DNA of 63,244 nt, filler included, from Stramenopiles sp. TOSAG23-3 (Eukaryota): the NCBI GenBank assembly GCA_900128585.1. It is 4 parts of 4 records of this genome, joined end to end, with 100 filler letters (N's around TTAATTAATTAA, not from the genome) between each part and the next. Parts side by side here need not be neighbours in the genome. Positions count along the whole stretch, not along the records: positions 31,725 to 47,436 come from LT642513.1; positions 47,537 to 63,244 come from LT642514.1; 2 more parts are not named here. One strand, written 5' to 3'. A program made the position numbers and the translations under genes. Position 1 is the first letter of the stretch. Every line of letters starts with the position of its first letter. Positions 44,301 through 52,054 of this stretch are shown here, piece after piece. The notes under the pieces are model-generated. The model searched no databases, was not told where the DNA came from, and saw only the letters and a list, made by a program, of their open reading frames with translations.

Positions 44301-46520
44301 ATGGAAGGGGCGCAGTGGTGCACGTATTTATTAGACTGCACTGTAAATTTAATGGATTTTGTGACTGGTGAACACTGCATGCCGACTCTTCGATCGATTT
44401 GCTTACGACTGCTTTCACGATTATTTCAGAAACTGAACGTACAGGTCGACTTCTGCCGCGATACTTTGAATGATTTTAAACGTGCGACAAACAAAGTACC
44501 CCTTCTACTTGAAGAGGTAGAAAAGCTCTACCAGGCTGAAGCTGAAGATCACAAAAATGGAAAGAAAGTGGCTGGGGGTGCACTGCACTCCTCCCATTTG
44601 CAAGTTTTGGTTGAGAGTGTGTCTGCTGCGTATATTTTAATGAAAAAATGCGAAGCTCCTCTGGGTGTTCCAAGTTACGTGATGGCGGTGGCAAAAATGA
44701 TAGAACTCTGCCAGGGCCCAAGACCAAGTAAATTTGCAGGGAATCTTGAAGATGATGGAGCATGCCTATTGTCAAAATGGTTTGTGGAAGAAACTTTGAA
44801 GGTTGCGCCCATTAGTTCGGAGCCCGAGCAGGAAGAAAGGGATGTGGTAGACGCCGAGCCTTCAAAAGATTTTGTTGTTCCAGAGCAAGAGAGTGAGACT
44901 GTTGTGGAGCCAGTCGATGATGAAGAAGAGGCGTTGCAGTTAGCTTTGATGATGTCTATGGCCCAAATGGATGATGGTGGGTCCACGAATTCAGAAACTA
45001 GTGCGCAACAAGATATCTCATCGGAGAAGACAAAGCCACCGCCGACAGAAACCGAAGGTGATGGGGCACAGGGAGCAAAACAAAAGGAAGTTGTGTCTAG
45101 TAAAACGGCGCTATCGGGTGTAGATCTTGAAGTCATTTGTGGTTTCTCATACGCCGTTGACGAAGCTTTAGTGCTGTGGATAAACCGTTTGGTCGACAGT
45201 GGAACTTTGGAGGATGGTCGATCGTCTGCAGAATCTTTATTCCTGGAAGACGATACAGTACTGCCCCTTATTGATCAGTTTCCGCAGCTTTCAGGCATAT
45301 CGAAGAAACATCTATCCATGCGCATGAAAGTGCTGGAAGCGTTTAACGATCTCTATGAAGAAATCATTCACTTTGTAGATTTAAACGAATTCCACACCGA
45401 TTCACTTCCGTCAAAGTTATTTTCACGGCGGTACGTAATTTTTAGCGACATAAAAATGAGGCTGTGGCAGAAATCGCTAAATGCAACTGCTCATTCAGAA
45501 ACAAATGCAGGTATTAAGAAAGTTCAAATCGACAGGGTAAAAGCAGCCAACTCAAAAGCTGACCAAGATGGTCTTGTGTTCGAACAGTTACGCAGCCAAT
45601 TAACCAATGTAGCATCCTGGCAAGTTCGTCCTCCTGCTCCATCAGATGACATTCTCACCCATATGTGCTTTGAGCCCGACATGCTTGAGGAAATGGACGA
45701 CGGTGGCGCTAGTGGTCCATACCGTGAAGTATTTGCGACCCTATGCAACGAGCTCCAGTCAGACCAAGCCGATTTAAACATTTTGCTGCGACAAGAAGAA
45801 GACGGGACGTTTGTATTGAATCCTAGGGGGGGGACACCGGGTCTTCTACAAAAATATGAATTTCTCGGTAGTTTGATTGGGATGGCGTTGCGGACGCATG
45901 TACTGATGCCTCTCGATTTGTCTGAAGATGTATGGAAGCCATTCACTCATGAATCCAATAGGGTTCTTGAGGAACCATCAAACAAAACTGACCTTGAATC
46001 AGACGACTATCCAGGAGAAATGGTAGAACAGGCAGCAGGTTTTGGGGGCTCTGATCACGATGTCATTGTAGATGCGATTCATGTAGGGATGAGTCGAGTC
46101 GTACCGACGCAATGGTTGAGAACCTTTACCTGGAACGAATTGAAACGGCTGCTGTGCGGCGAATACAATATTGATATCGAATTGTTAAAGCGGCATACCA
46201 AGTATCATGAAAACGTGGACGAGCAAGCCCAATACATAAAATGGTTCTGGGAAACCCTGGACTCATTTACACAGGAGGAAAAATCGCGGTTTGTGCAATT
46301 TGCATACGCCCAGCCAAGACTTCCAGGGAATGATGAAGAGTGGAAATCAACCCGAACACTCAGAATGAGGATAATGCCGCCACCCCAACACAAATCTAAA
46401 CCGATGAAAATGGATTTGGTCTTGCCGACTGCTCAAACCTGCTTCTTTGATGTTCATTTACCCAATTATTCGTCGTACGAAGTGATGCGAAGGAATTTGC
46501 TTCGGGCGATAATGTCATGA
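32394..46520 (+). CDS. Giant HECT E3 ubiquitin ligase (HECTD4-like) with CCCH zinc finger, two SPRY domains and an SH3b-like module
   Basis: Single ORF of ~4708 aa from ATG 32394. FLY...KIGTGG..GT..G.VY, CRFLTKCRHGDKCNFYH, SPRY GKWYYEIEI...VGW...GVGDD..SWGIDG, second SPRY FYFEIEV...VIGCG, HECT GPYRE...WFWETL...LPTAQTCFF..HLPNYSS. Confidence 0.9.
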   Translation: MSGRLPNRALLERVERFGERVRQHGATGAWDPESEGLGDSERQLFLQLASQGEGGPRFGVFSGEPGFLFGNYSRGDSEESSSRRPGWGSSEDNSRRPGFRDSGGGRGSRVVMGSSNPRDAFAALRPNTSRDRRAKRYSSPPVAANRTANTSAQSSDVGGHFEHLLSNKRGHFRDQGTAEERREIMHSLLAYTSEKFHRRSKRSSANETVSSAMQPERYAPETRSGQVPVAELVEDTPLADDDDQGRNSPWMNYARTKIERGALEDNRSAFAKKYVKSRVKFVKQVLASVLKTTVDAVHDRSAQKRRHSSLAEPTGTAEQAGSNPKAGKKSSRAASTGSAGKPKAAMNGQSGRPLTLWAAKSLIPLLAAPSLEHERWIEAVSPLLEVLDSLPPLSLGEENTEMIESLQHALLQPHNVLPSAKPERRRIATSTALATALHHGSLGPLIAVVRTLLEATRTGNPNDDLRIDGGAHLGHLRAFRANASAPAFGGMDVDGGAANHMKPMVWQLSQSKESLSTNSALVGRCSLVLCEGFLYCFFSNSGFCKIGTGGASGTLQGYVYATNTDVYREKEQSSTSSGNGSKKGTSMEKTPNTGFSFELEVSDSPVSFKTPSPAQSNAAANYAIRKERGDGEYEKEKLEGCLFCNSNRVFMYSQESRYDGDTWSLGTLVDKVSLKLVPGVRIVVKGERRKYSAVYSTRTYIFALRARETGVTKTRLFGKKNEKKKSPGKQGNTGGWESLRGGNPLQFDVYRERKVCRFLTKCRHGDKCNFYHPPKSSNDNMLGDCVQVTFSHTITLKGNPTCPAEKEWLKENGGKSELFGLCFFATTDSNGKPLIAAGLSTKPSTSNVDKKLNSGIAQCVYFDAFDGQRRPFVGHSKSGASRRGKQSQKLQGISPLAKHEKVKYFTDHVCIDSLNSTISYIVTNKALSGRTKSIEVSTLPLLSGRNPGKEEKRVSAVQERLYKSKTAPPMETSMIILRELHRVATVEIESSPYADSSSQKGRMTTVYCDFSVTHMEQISDLLLFLSTWVTDSSSNSKKGDKVGLLLSLRWTLSLCTQCVLQCAQKQISEQMKSAVSNMMDILYDKVMIPCRTAWLKFPLLREEIQTSCVKILFAAPGLYFLECNKVEYARTLLIRAFQRNDTPFINVVSKLWSVNPSHSWLELAGAILRSGDGPIPFFDVLVKSCTGADSKNLSAITGVAGPRISSNLNVLLCFHKVFLSQAFANDAAVATPSSAARSVKVLYSPKYSRTTYKKAQTALQEASNGPYVLKASNGFPTWKASNVLLTEGKWYYEIEICGDDVKGYPQVGWASSDFDGGDGENKGVGDDSCSWGIDGERVCTWNKETNHENRKYGKKWSVGDRIGCAINLDNKSMEFYVNNLSQGVAYENINVSNGVCPAFTFSGRNCRLFLKLYFGNKADPFKYSPPEGHKSIHSSLLEQSEKETMRDNLSRTWTTTDVVDYFGILCRECSKYIDSCSSASISYQDLPPTSTASAVLPSVALLVCQQSNSMLEPLAENLEAAKSLLGFFATCSKSFDQFCSTNSSAEDVGLGDLPSDAFDLDARSKMQNPTKLAWPVHLKTILVLSVNRLSTRLATAQVSNFYGTHYWLDSVLFGNSIVQAAPVNDFVESILNESGKGYEWLLWCRTNRPRVGMQYRLLKRSEKTKLLNIEALVMAALLRHAPEHIFMHAQLQSEIISQGEDDKEVMARSHDALQPLWIAAWSVVSETRHIVNKLSEWKHLFRSEPGGERDEKMVGFVESLNRFEKMHLWVCTGKEPIEISSLDNNNQYMSRLCALSSETPSIFEGDDSKCLDVVFGLMDSRAKLIIELKPAPWRVDKLPLDRRSFQNVTSTPKAGFKRTNSRTKQESFKRQDSSSATVKGRSSRDWSRVVTSLKRSPSSINRGNSKRPNDTNEHGVDIEFYEQIAKFFKSSCDPNQLRDSIQLRRKAAHARLAGIQGITSGLTHYQSNTSKFILLASLGRNTQFSWGSAILKPAQNGVFFSGHPGGKRVTVPHILNGIRGCGLELEKELNSAYFDLINHSVKIACDRVMPIYTRCEALQVLGVGFLPDDFSLIQKYDLVSNLANIVSEMRADENYSEDKLSLQRESWEILLLISKSILASSGKLDLKEQLLRALLRLLEESANQSSASGHRSYRLLDGRQTGEVSTLIWARVQRRELEVQQNVSVLYIHRNSFLQSDGGVEYGKNAVRSCLKLLIHARGPYSTRTTRAALRFLSSCLQHISPKVISQFSETNSEGQANDLWLPLLLLEALGALTLGTGGLGTRDGACSAGGSGHGTVSSEDSPVKDRALELFARSIKDAFSSFPSLTEMESLLSPEDKNGTKSTESNIELPTSTVLEDDLLWDNSVAEQERENTMNRIASDAKQDFKNWIDGPAQSSSILPQPEVWEVAIDKLNVRREPSMDHEPIGRHRRGTQLKVVDKIPAEGIPKGQWLRLQKAESGHGESWVLSRNKDHNLLKPVVRKTYSVVLYNPSNESPDIFMARTNDTVRLAIAHDVNGEGCNWPSRGWDSSTNPEGQFIETCVQGMRENGRGLIMRNCSKIECETVAARLACQRFVTCVIDNIPKREKTKFDRNLKLAENMAKRPSSWYGGYASMSAAMEIVKMLRFLVSGVDAENDAPGDHRARMSWAHGTCRAISKAYADFNSGATGDDSVTARAYGALLVLGGLTTGGLHLGSTVQVVTGPQSHSEGILVRYNAGETTADVLLRDHSVVETFDIVAVQPTESAQISEDITLNSESVTLNLYPTLRSILEGKGALKDYAKDQKGTSHRSWLVATFVTTALRVLGQLQQISFTPVLMGVQTDEMSSLLKNIASLRDEEEDKAMAEINCFSILSTAAGDISCLEELAIDARQQVLDMRHGFQKTLMGVSSYAEVDKATFGLLKHLFLPRGFNRFSAMGTILHQETGKRNLSFDSPITVVQDGFLSKIARPTKASWPKASHSIVIADNPIPAYLNNFYFEIEVRKSDNTNFALHNLSGFFVGLWVGNATSIEAGTKEISADVADSVWYHPGNGKSIVSGKVRPDLCFEGVPDLKKDLATVQSIVIGCGWDLVNHSVFFTLDGSRINSKAGERRDSDNPHKLSPTSVEGFVYPAVRFLGNSGLKAKIMFGNNSSKFLYKFPPKIGVQKRDLAEGIQIFKQWLEYKTSVTNGLPNGVEGSENEVSKLLIKEQCKSARKNIVDAKACINARRVALELRQILAQHSVSVLMLLAQRYNLQNERAITAAFEHPNQMVDMQNDVDSGTAFAQYDDNSHLEVLSTEEFLSHKLLNSGDVDFLKYPGLEGPSIIANFKEDGVLTNSTEMEKKWCVVLIASQKKPFQTQISELVEAGVLGILWIVDTDDKVTGGKSNLLAELEPEYLSTLNTPLLLLRSKGDTELVGGNYRFRFSIGLRPTKPPAESGNEKKNKKSGIEEVAETAPSNGKFSYLMGGSLFCTTDEDAEERVAIIANEQEAKIELWLAEMHRWLSRSQGIDMAQISGIISHLRNGDPDGIATMTLDGIEDKKRMPKKPEFDSEKFSINLGNTKVRIDDVRIGLCLRVTEQAKANMDGPKPFCKGNIVRFVRSSALVDYRVDSVNADGTLSISLNTRDKRPLQLHGVQERHLAKVNFTPGRVSSLSQSRIQRQSSSNPSVRWLSSMSVCLRRTGIVRRVDKSDKEHPLVLLEFYDPETLGVCRWWFPISSLTYPAERVSSYVESLDEAVVYERALTTMYARNILVNSWSQRNMSITYPSSPNTNVSSGEEKFVLDYVVDSCFGPVHALLERSGANAVTSSGYVAPESPNDLIEILSSQLHTLFKDKMVESAFRDTYSLLQSSSVDVNFSAKKFKNAVSEVFKIAAKCSINNLSCLIMHVGKGTILPKGTALCVYSNKQCSQQYRLRRSQDLGASNCAQPIWCCGTTSYARFEGRSKRAKKSKGSNSDKKRNDPHLCAKVHQVSTKFWFGCWMVEQMLCQGEEMEGAQWCTYLLDCTVNLMDFVTGEHCMPTLRSICLRLLSRLFQKLNVQVDFCRDTLNDFKRATNKVPLLLEEVEKLYQAEAEDHKNGKKVAGGALHSSHLQVLVESVSAAYILMKKCEAPLGVPSYVMAVAKMIELCQGPRPSKFAGNLEDDGACLLSKWFVEETLKVAPISSEPEQEERDVVDAEPSKDFVVPEQESETVVEPVDDEEEALQLALMMSMAQMDDGGSTNSETSAQQDISSEKTKPPPTETEGDGAQGAKQKEVVSSKTALSGVDLEVICGFSYAVDEALVLWINRLVDSGTLEDGRSSAESLFLEDDTVLPLIDQFPQLSGISKKHLSMRMKVLEAFNDLYEEIIHFVDLNEFHTDSLPSKLFSRRYVIFSDIKMRLWQKSLNATAHSETNAGIKKVQIDRVKAANSKADQDGLVFEQLRSQLTNVASWQVRPPAPSDDILTHMCFEPDMLEEMDDGGASGPYREVFATLCNELQSDQADLNILLRQEEDGTFVLNPRGGTPGLLQKYEFLGSLIGMALRTHVLMPLDLSEDVWKPFTHESNRVLEEPSNKTDLESDDYPGEMVEQAAGFGGSDHDVIVDAIHVGMSRVVPTQWLRTFTWNELKRLLCGEYNIDIELLKRHTKYHENVDEQAQYIKWFWETLDSFTQEEKSRFVQFAYAQPRLPGNDEEWKSTRTLRMRIMPPPQHKSKPMKMDLVLPTAQTCFFDVHLPNYSSYEVMRRNLLRAIMS

Positions 46521-46740
46521 GTAAAAGAATAAAACACGGGGTGTGTAAAAAGAATAAGATTCTATAAAACAAAATAATATGATAGTAGAATGAACTAATA
46601 ATGGCTGTTATTAGAGCATTTTAACTAAATCTTAAACGTTTATAATGAATCAGTAAATGATATTTATTAAATTCTTTCCTTTAACCCCTTTTTTCTTTTC
46701 TAATACCCGTACGGTACATATTTTAAGTATTCTTACAGGC

Positions 46741-46912
46741 CAGCCATTTTTTTGTTTTATATTGATTAGTAACACCACAAGAGCAGATCTAAGTTCGCAA
46801 TACATGAAGGAACGTAAACTAAAAATGGACAAACGGAGCAGATATTATTTTCGCGGTACATGAGGAAGATAAATTTCAAGTATTCATTAGTACTTATAAT
46901 AGCCATTATTAT
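46741..46912 (+). repeat. Dispersed intergenic element, copy 4 (longest; head-to-tail junction)
   Basis: CAGCCATTTTTTTGTTTT runs directly into ATATTGATTAGTAACACC...CATGAAGGAACGTAAAC...CATGAGGAAGATAAATTT...TAATAGCCATTATT. Short inverted copy of the terminal module at 46596-46612. Confidence 0.88.
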
Positions 46913-46921
46913 TCCAAACTT

Positions 46922-47436
46922 TTAAACGTCATCTGCCTCTTCTGGAAGAAGAGGGGTTGCCTCACCGTCTGTTTCCTCGTCGTTGCCCTCCTCCACTCTG
47001 CAAGGTGCTTTGGCAACAAATGGGTTGGTACGAATCTCGACCAGGCAAGCTTCCGCCACTAATTCTTTCGCTGCTTCTAGCGATGGGCCTTTTCTTGTCA
47101 AAGACAGATGGCCTTTCCTGCTTCGATGCGAGTCTCTGTAAATGTCGCACCGAACAGCTCCCATCTGCGGGATAGGCACATAAGAGGGAAGAGAGTAACC
47201 CTTTTTAATGCAAAAGTTGTGCAAATTTTCTGTAGCAGACTCTTTGTAAGGGTACAGAATATGTGTGGTATTCCGGCCGAACCGAACCCGAAAGTGTTTC
47301 ACCACCTTGGTTTTCTTCAGAATACTCCTTATGGACTTTAATCGTGTTATTATCGAGGAATCATCCTCTACCGGTTTCTCTGCTTTCATGTCACTGCTCT
47401 GTTGTTCGACGGCTGCATTCTCCTCGTTTTCTGGAG
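46922..47436 (-). CDS. 5'-partial protein with a C-terminal dsRNA-binding-motif-like domain
   Basis: Frame open to the contig end. LHNFCIKKGYSLPSY...RCDI...GPSLEAAKELVAEACL fits the DSRM pattern. Confidence 0.55.
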
Positions 47437-47536
47437 NNNNNNNNNNNNNNNNNNNNNNNNNNNNNNNNNNNNNNNNNNNNTTAATTAATTAANNNNNNNN
47501 NNNNNNNNNNNNNNNNNNNNNNNNNNNNNNNNNNNN
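47437..47536. other. Artificial contig linker
   Basis: N44-TTAATTAATTAA-N44. Confidence 0.97.
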
Positions 47537-47538
47537 TA

Positions 47539-48837
47539 GGGGGCGCTAGAAAACGGAAGCGGGAGATGGAGAGACAGCGAGCCGCAAAGGACAAAGACGT
47601 TCAACTGTACAAAGGTGCAACGCTGCATCGTCACGGCGCTTCCATCGACAGGCTGGATCCGTCGCGGATTTCTCCCTCAGAATTCTTTGCAAAGTACGTT
47701 GTGCCGCGGCAGCCGGTTGTTCTGACGAGCGTTGCGGAGGACAAGAACTGGAAGGGGAACGAGAAGTGGACGAACGATTATTTAAAGTCGTGCGCCGGGG
47801 AAGGGATCGTTCGCGTAGAGTACCGAAATCATTCGACAGGCCGTTTTGGCATGGGGCAAGAGAAGCAAATGAAGTTCGGAGATTTTGTAGATTTGATCGC
47901 AGCGGGCGACGCGTTGCACTATTTGACCACGCAGGATTTGAAGCTGGACGAAGAAGGCCGGCCAGGCATAATGTCCCCGCCCGTGACCGAGCTGTTTGCC
48001 GCTGGGGACTTTTCACTGCGCCCCAGGCTTTTACCGCACCTCGTGCTCTTTAATGCCAACGTATGGTTTGGAAACAGTCCGGATGGGTCTAGTTCTGGCC
48101 TTCACCATGACTTTCACGACAACTTGTACATTCTGCTGCGTGGAAAGAAGCGGTTTCGACTCTACAGCCCCGCCGACGCGTTGAACATGTACACCACCGG
48201 AAAAATCGTCAAGGTTCACGAAAATGGTCGTATCAACTACGACGGCGCGTTGACTCGAGCGGATGGGGCAGACCCAATTGCAGACGCGGCGGCCGAGGCC
48301 GCTCTGGAGCAAGAGCGCGCGGAGCTGGATTTGGAGGCGGCGGAAGCGTCCGGAGACCAAGGGCGGATCGCAAGGGCAGAGGGCAGGGTAGAGAAAGCGA
48401 TGGACGTCGTCCTCTCCATTCAGATGAACGACGATGCCTTTGGGGACATGGTGGAAGGTTCTGCCGACGGCCAAGAGGCGTCGTCGTCTGAAGGGTCCCC
48501 TCTAAATTTTTGCAAAGTGGACCCGAACCTTAGCCCCAGTGTGCTGGCGGATAAGTTTCCCAAGTTCTTGCAGGCCAAAGAAACATTCTGCGAGGTGAAC
48601 GCGGGCGAAATGTTGTACTTGCCCGCGGGTTGGTTCCACGAAGTAACGTCGTGTAATGCCAGCCCTTTGAGCACGGGTAAGAATGAAAAAGGCGGACACT
48701 TGGCATTTAACTACTGGTTTCACCCACCAGACAATGTAGGCAACGGTTCCGGATCTTTCGCCCGTCCCTACACGTCCGACTTTTGGAAGAACGATTTTGC
48801 TATGCGCGTCAAGGGCAACAAAAACAATTCCGAATAA
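47539..48837 (+). CDS. JmjC (cupin-like 2OG-Fe(II) oxygenase) protein, probably 5'-partial
   Basis: YVVPRQPVVL, NVWFG, SGLHHDFHDNLY..LRGKKRFRLYSP, GEMLYLPAGWFHEV, NYWF. Frame open from contig start; ATG at 47566. Confidence 0.9.
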   Translation, partial: GGARKRKREMERQRAAKDKDVQLYKGATLHRHGASIDRLDPSRISPSEFFAKYVVPRQPVVLTSVAEDKNWKGNEKWTNDYLKSCAGEGIVRVEYRNHSTGRFGMGQEKQMKFGDFVDLIAAGDALHYLTTQDLKLDEEGRPGIMSPPVTELFAAGDFSLRPRLLPHLVLFNANVWFGNSPDGSSSGLHHDFHDNLYILLRGKKRFRLYSPADALNMYTTGKIVKVHENGRINYDGALTRADGADPIADAAAEAALEQERAELDLEAAEASGDQGRIARAEGRVEKAMDVVLSIQMNDDAFGDMVEGSADGQEASSSEGSPLNFCKVDPNLSPSVLADKFPKFLQAKETFCEVNAGEMLYLPAGWFHEVTSCNASPLSTGKNEKGGHLAFNYWFHPPDNVGNGSGSFARPYTSDFWKNDFAMRVKGNKNNSE

Positions 48838-49190
48838 TAATATTTTGGTAGTAGTAATAATAATAATCATGATACACCACAATAATTACATCTCATCTCA
48901 TCGTTCATCATCACATTTTTAATACTAGGCTACAATCATCAAAAAACAACTTTTATAAAACAAATTCATTATTTTATTCATTCAAAACTTCAACAACAAA
49001 CAATTGAATTGTTGTGTGGGTAATAATAATAAGGTATGAAAATGGTGGGATGAACGAATATATTTGCATTTGACGTGGAAGAAAGGCGTGCGTGAATCTA
49101 AATATCTTACTGGTTTATTCGTTCAATTGCCCGGCCGTTGGTATTGAATTTGACTGGGTAACACGGAAAACATTTTTTTGTTCAATAACG

Positions 49191-50306
49191 ATGGAACGTC
49201 ACAAATCACTCCTCGCTCTTTTTTTGTTGACTGCCCCAGCGTTGGCATTGCCAACGTTGTTGGAAACGGGAGCCAAAGACTCCCGCACGATCGACAAACG
49301 AATTCAATGGTTCGTATCACCAGGTCTTTCAGATTCTCAGATTGATTTTTTGATGGCAAATGTGGGTATTGTCGATGGTATCTACACTTGCTGTGGCGGG
49401 AACACCTTTCACAGCAATGGCAGTCTCACGTTGCCAACGTTCAACAAAACAAAACTTCAACCGTTCATAGAGCGTGGCATCCGCGTAATGTCCACGTTCG
49501 GGGGGGACTTTCTTCCATTGAAGGCTTGGGACAACCGAGAGGCGCTTGCAGAGCAGATGGTATCTTGGGTGCTTGAGAACAATCTTACGGGGATCCACAA
49601 CGATTGGGAGACGCATGGCGACGGTGGCGTTGATTCGTACAAGTTCTATGATTTCTGGAAAGTAGTGGGCGAAAAATTTCGTCGACACAGCAAAGAATTA
49701 GGCATTTGCATAGAAACCGCCCCGGCAAACATATCCCACCCGTGGGTCCCCAGAACGCCGGACAACGACACAATCTGGCACTCTTACCTGTTCAATTGGG
49801 ACTACCCTTTGGGGTTACACACGTTTGATGTCATCACGAACATGGCGACGTATCCAATGATGCATACAACGGATGGGAACAACGATTGGTGCAGACAGGG
49901 GTTTCCCAACACGACGTGGTGTACCAATGGGTGCGAGGACTTCGTCGACCATTTGACCCCGGCGTATAAGTTTTTAGAGCAAGAAGAGTGCGATTCAAAT
50001 AGGCACACAGTCGCACAGTGGTGCGGTTTAAAAGGGCACGTGCAGGATATGATAGACGCTGGGACACAAACTCAGACTGGCCAACTAAGCCCTGGGATAT
50101 GGATGAACAATTGTGCCTATTCAGAAGAGTTCCCAAATGGTGTGACTGCGCAAGGGTGGACGCAACCTTCGTTTAACTCCTTCTTGAAGTATTTAGACAC
50201 TGTGGGCGTCCGTTCGATTGACCTATGGACGTCAAACTTATCAGAAAACGATCTGAACACTTGCAAATGGTTCTTGCCCGAACTGGAAAAGTGGCGTCGG
50301 TCTTGA
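49191..50306 (+). CDS. Secreted GH18-like (chitinase-fold) protein
   Basis: Signal peptide MERHKSLLALFLLTAPALA; GIRVMSTFGG and NLTGIHNDWE resemble the GH18 SxGG and DxxDxDxE motifs. Confidence 0.55.
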   Translation: MERHKSLLALFLLTAPALALPTLLETGAKDSRTIDKRIQWFVSPGLSDSQIDFLMANVGIVDGIYTCCGGNTFHSNGSLTLPTFNKTKLQPFIERGIRVMSTFGGDFLPLKAWDNREALAEQMVSWVLENNLTGIHNDWETHGDGGVDSYKFYDFWKVVGEKFRRHSKELGICIETAPANISHPWVPRTPDNDTIWHSYLFNWDYPLGLHTFDVITNMATYPMMHTTDGNNDWCRQGFPNTTWCTNGCEDFVDHLTPAYKFLEQEECDSNRHTVAQWCGLKGHVQDMIDAGTQTQTGQLSPGIWMNNCAYSEEFPNGVTAQGWTQPSFNSFLKYLDTVGVRSIDLWTSNLSENDLNTCKWFLPELEKWRRS

Positions 50307-50592
50307 GAACCACAACAAACGTTTTACCCAAGATATTTGAGCGTGCCCGTTAAATTAATAAAGGCTTAAAAAAAAATAATATTGTAAGAATATTACAGTA
50401 GGAATTTTAAGGATTAGCAGTAGACAGCAATAAAAGTAACACCTTTCTTTGCAGTATTCTGTGTTGTTGAAAACGAACATGCCCCGCACACACCTTTTTA
50501 ACAAACCCCTCGTCTAGGGAATAGTACTCGCTTTTAAAAAAAGAAGCACCGATGAGATATGGTGGTGCAGGAGGCGGTGGGACCCGGTTGAT

Positions 50593-51270
50593 TTACAAGC
50601 TTGGCAACGAATCGGTCCGGCTCTTTCTCATTTCAAAGCCATCAAATCTCGCCTTAACGACGTCGTAATCTTCCGAAGCGCGGTAAAATGAAAACGTTAA
50701 GCCAGCGTTAACCAGTATGAAAAACACAGCAACGACCAGTATAACAACGAAGCCAACCACACTCGGTTCTTCCCTAATGTCCATGCAACTCTCGTCCCGG
50801 TTCGTGCTGACGGTATAGCTGCTTAGGTCGACTGGTTTCACGGCATCCACCTTGCTGTCGCAGTTCGCAACGGCGACGAACCACTCCCGGGCCCTGGCTT
50901 CGGAAACTTTTACCTTCAGGGTTCCCCCATCCACAGGCCAGCCATCCGTTAGCTTCTTCCCGTCGCTCAACGTTACGTGGTGCGACAGGAGCGCCCTCTC
51001 CTCGCACGACAGGCCTTTCCTTGAAACTTTGGGAAGGTTCTGGTCCGTGTACAGCAGGACTTTCTGGTTCGTTTCCTTCCGACTCTTTTCGACTTTTACA
51101 GTAATTTCTGGGGATTCGGAGTCGCCACTTTCTGCCTTTGGAATACAAAACGACCCTATGACGACAAAGTCTCCCTGCGAATTCCCCTCGAGGACAACTT
51201 TGTCCGCCGCGACCAAGGAGCACGTCGCCGCCACCAGGGCGCCGGCGACGAACATTGCAAGTAACTTCAT
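50593..51270 (-). CDS. Type I membrane protein with TMEM145/GPR180-like lumenal domain
   Basis: Signal peptide, IGSFC, LSCEER, AREWFVAVANC, and one C-terminal TM helix. Confidence 0.55.
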   Translation of the reverse strand: MKLLAMFVAGALVAATCSLVAADKVVLEGNSQGDFVVIGSFCIPKAESGDSESPEITVKVEKSRKETNQKVLLYTDQNLPKVSRKGLSCEERALLSHHVTLSDGKKLTDGWPVDGGTLKVKVSEARAREWFVAVANCDSKVDAVKPVDLSSYTVSTNRDESCMDIREEPSVVGFVVILVVAVFFILVNAGLTFSFYRASEDYDVVKARFDGFEMRKSRTDSLPSL

Positions 51271-51614
51271 GATGATGAACAGCAAAAAAAAGAATCAATA
51301 AATAACTCAAAAACAATAAGAGTTGGAACTGAATGCTTGTGTAAGAAAAAGGTGGTGTAAATGAAGCACTAAGTTATCTTCAACGCAAAAAATTAATGTG
51401 TCCTCTTACCTATGTATGTATGTATCAATTGAGTTCTCATTCGGGAGTATTATTATTATTACACGACGAGGAGGACTAGAGTATTAATAATAATAATATT
51501 TTATTATTTTTGTTTGTTTTCTTTTTTCTTTCTTTCTTCTAAAAATAAAAAATAGACCCCCCGACGGAGAAGAAGAAAGAAAGAAAGAAAGAGTCGAAAG
51601 AAAGAAAGAGTCGA

Positions 51615-51650
<36 letters not shown>

Positions 51651-52054
51651 AACCCAATGGTGTGTCATATAATTCCAATAATATTACATAAGTTTAAAAT
51701 CTTTTCTTTTTCTTTTTCATTTTCATTTTAAATATATAATACTCCTTCCTCTCCTCGTAGACTCCTCGTATTTATTACTCCTGGCCTAGATTACATAATT
51801 TATATACTTATTAATAGTCAATATTACCCTATATAACTTAATTTAAAAAAAAGTTTTCTTCAAAAAAAAAAAAAATATTTATTATTATTATATTTATTAT
51901 TTGAAACATGTGGTTTAACAAAATACTTATTATTTAGATAATCTGAATCAGGTTTTTCTTTTTTTTTATTAATGAAACAAAGAAAATTATTTTTTTCACT
52001 TTTACTCAATCATCATTCACGGCAAATAATTGTATACTAAAATAGCTGCACAAT

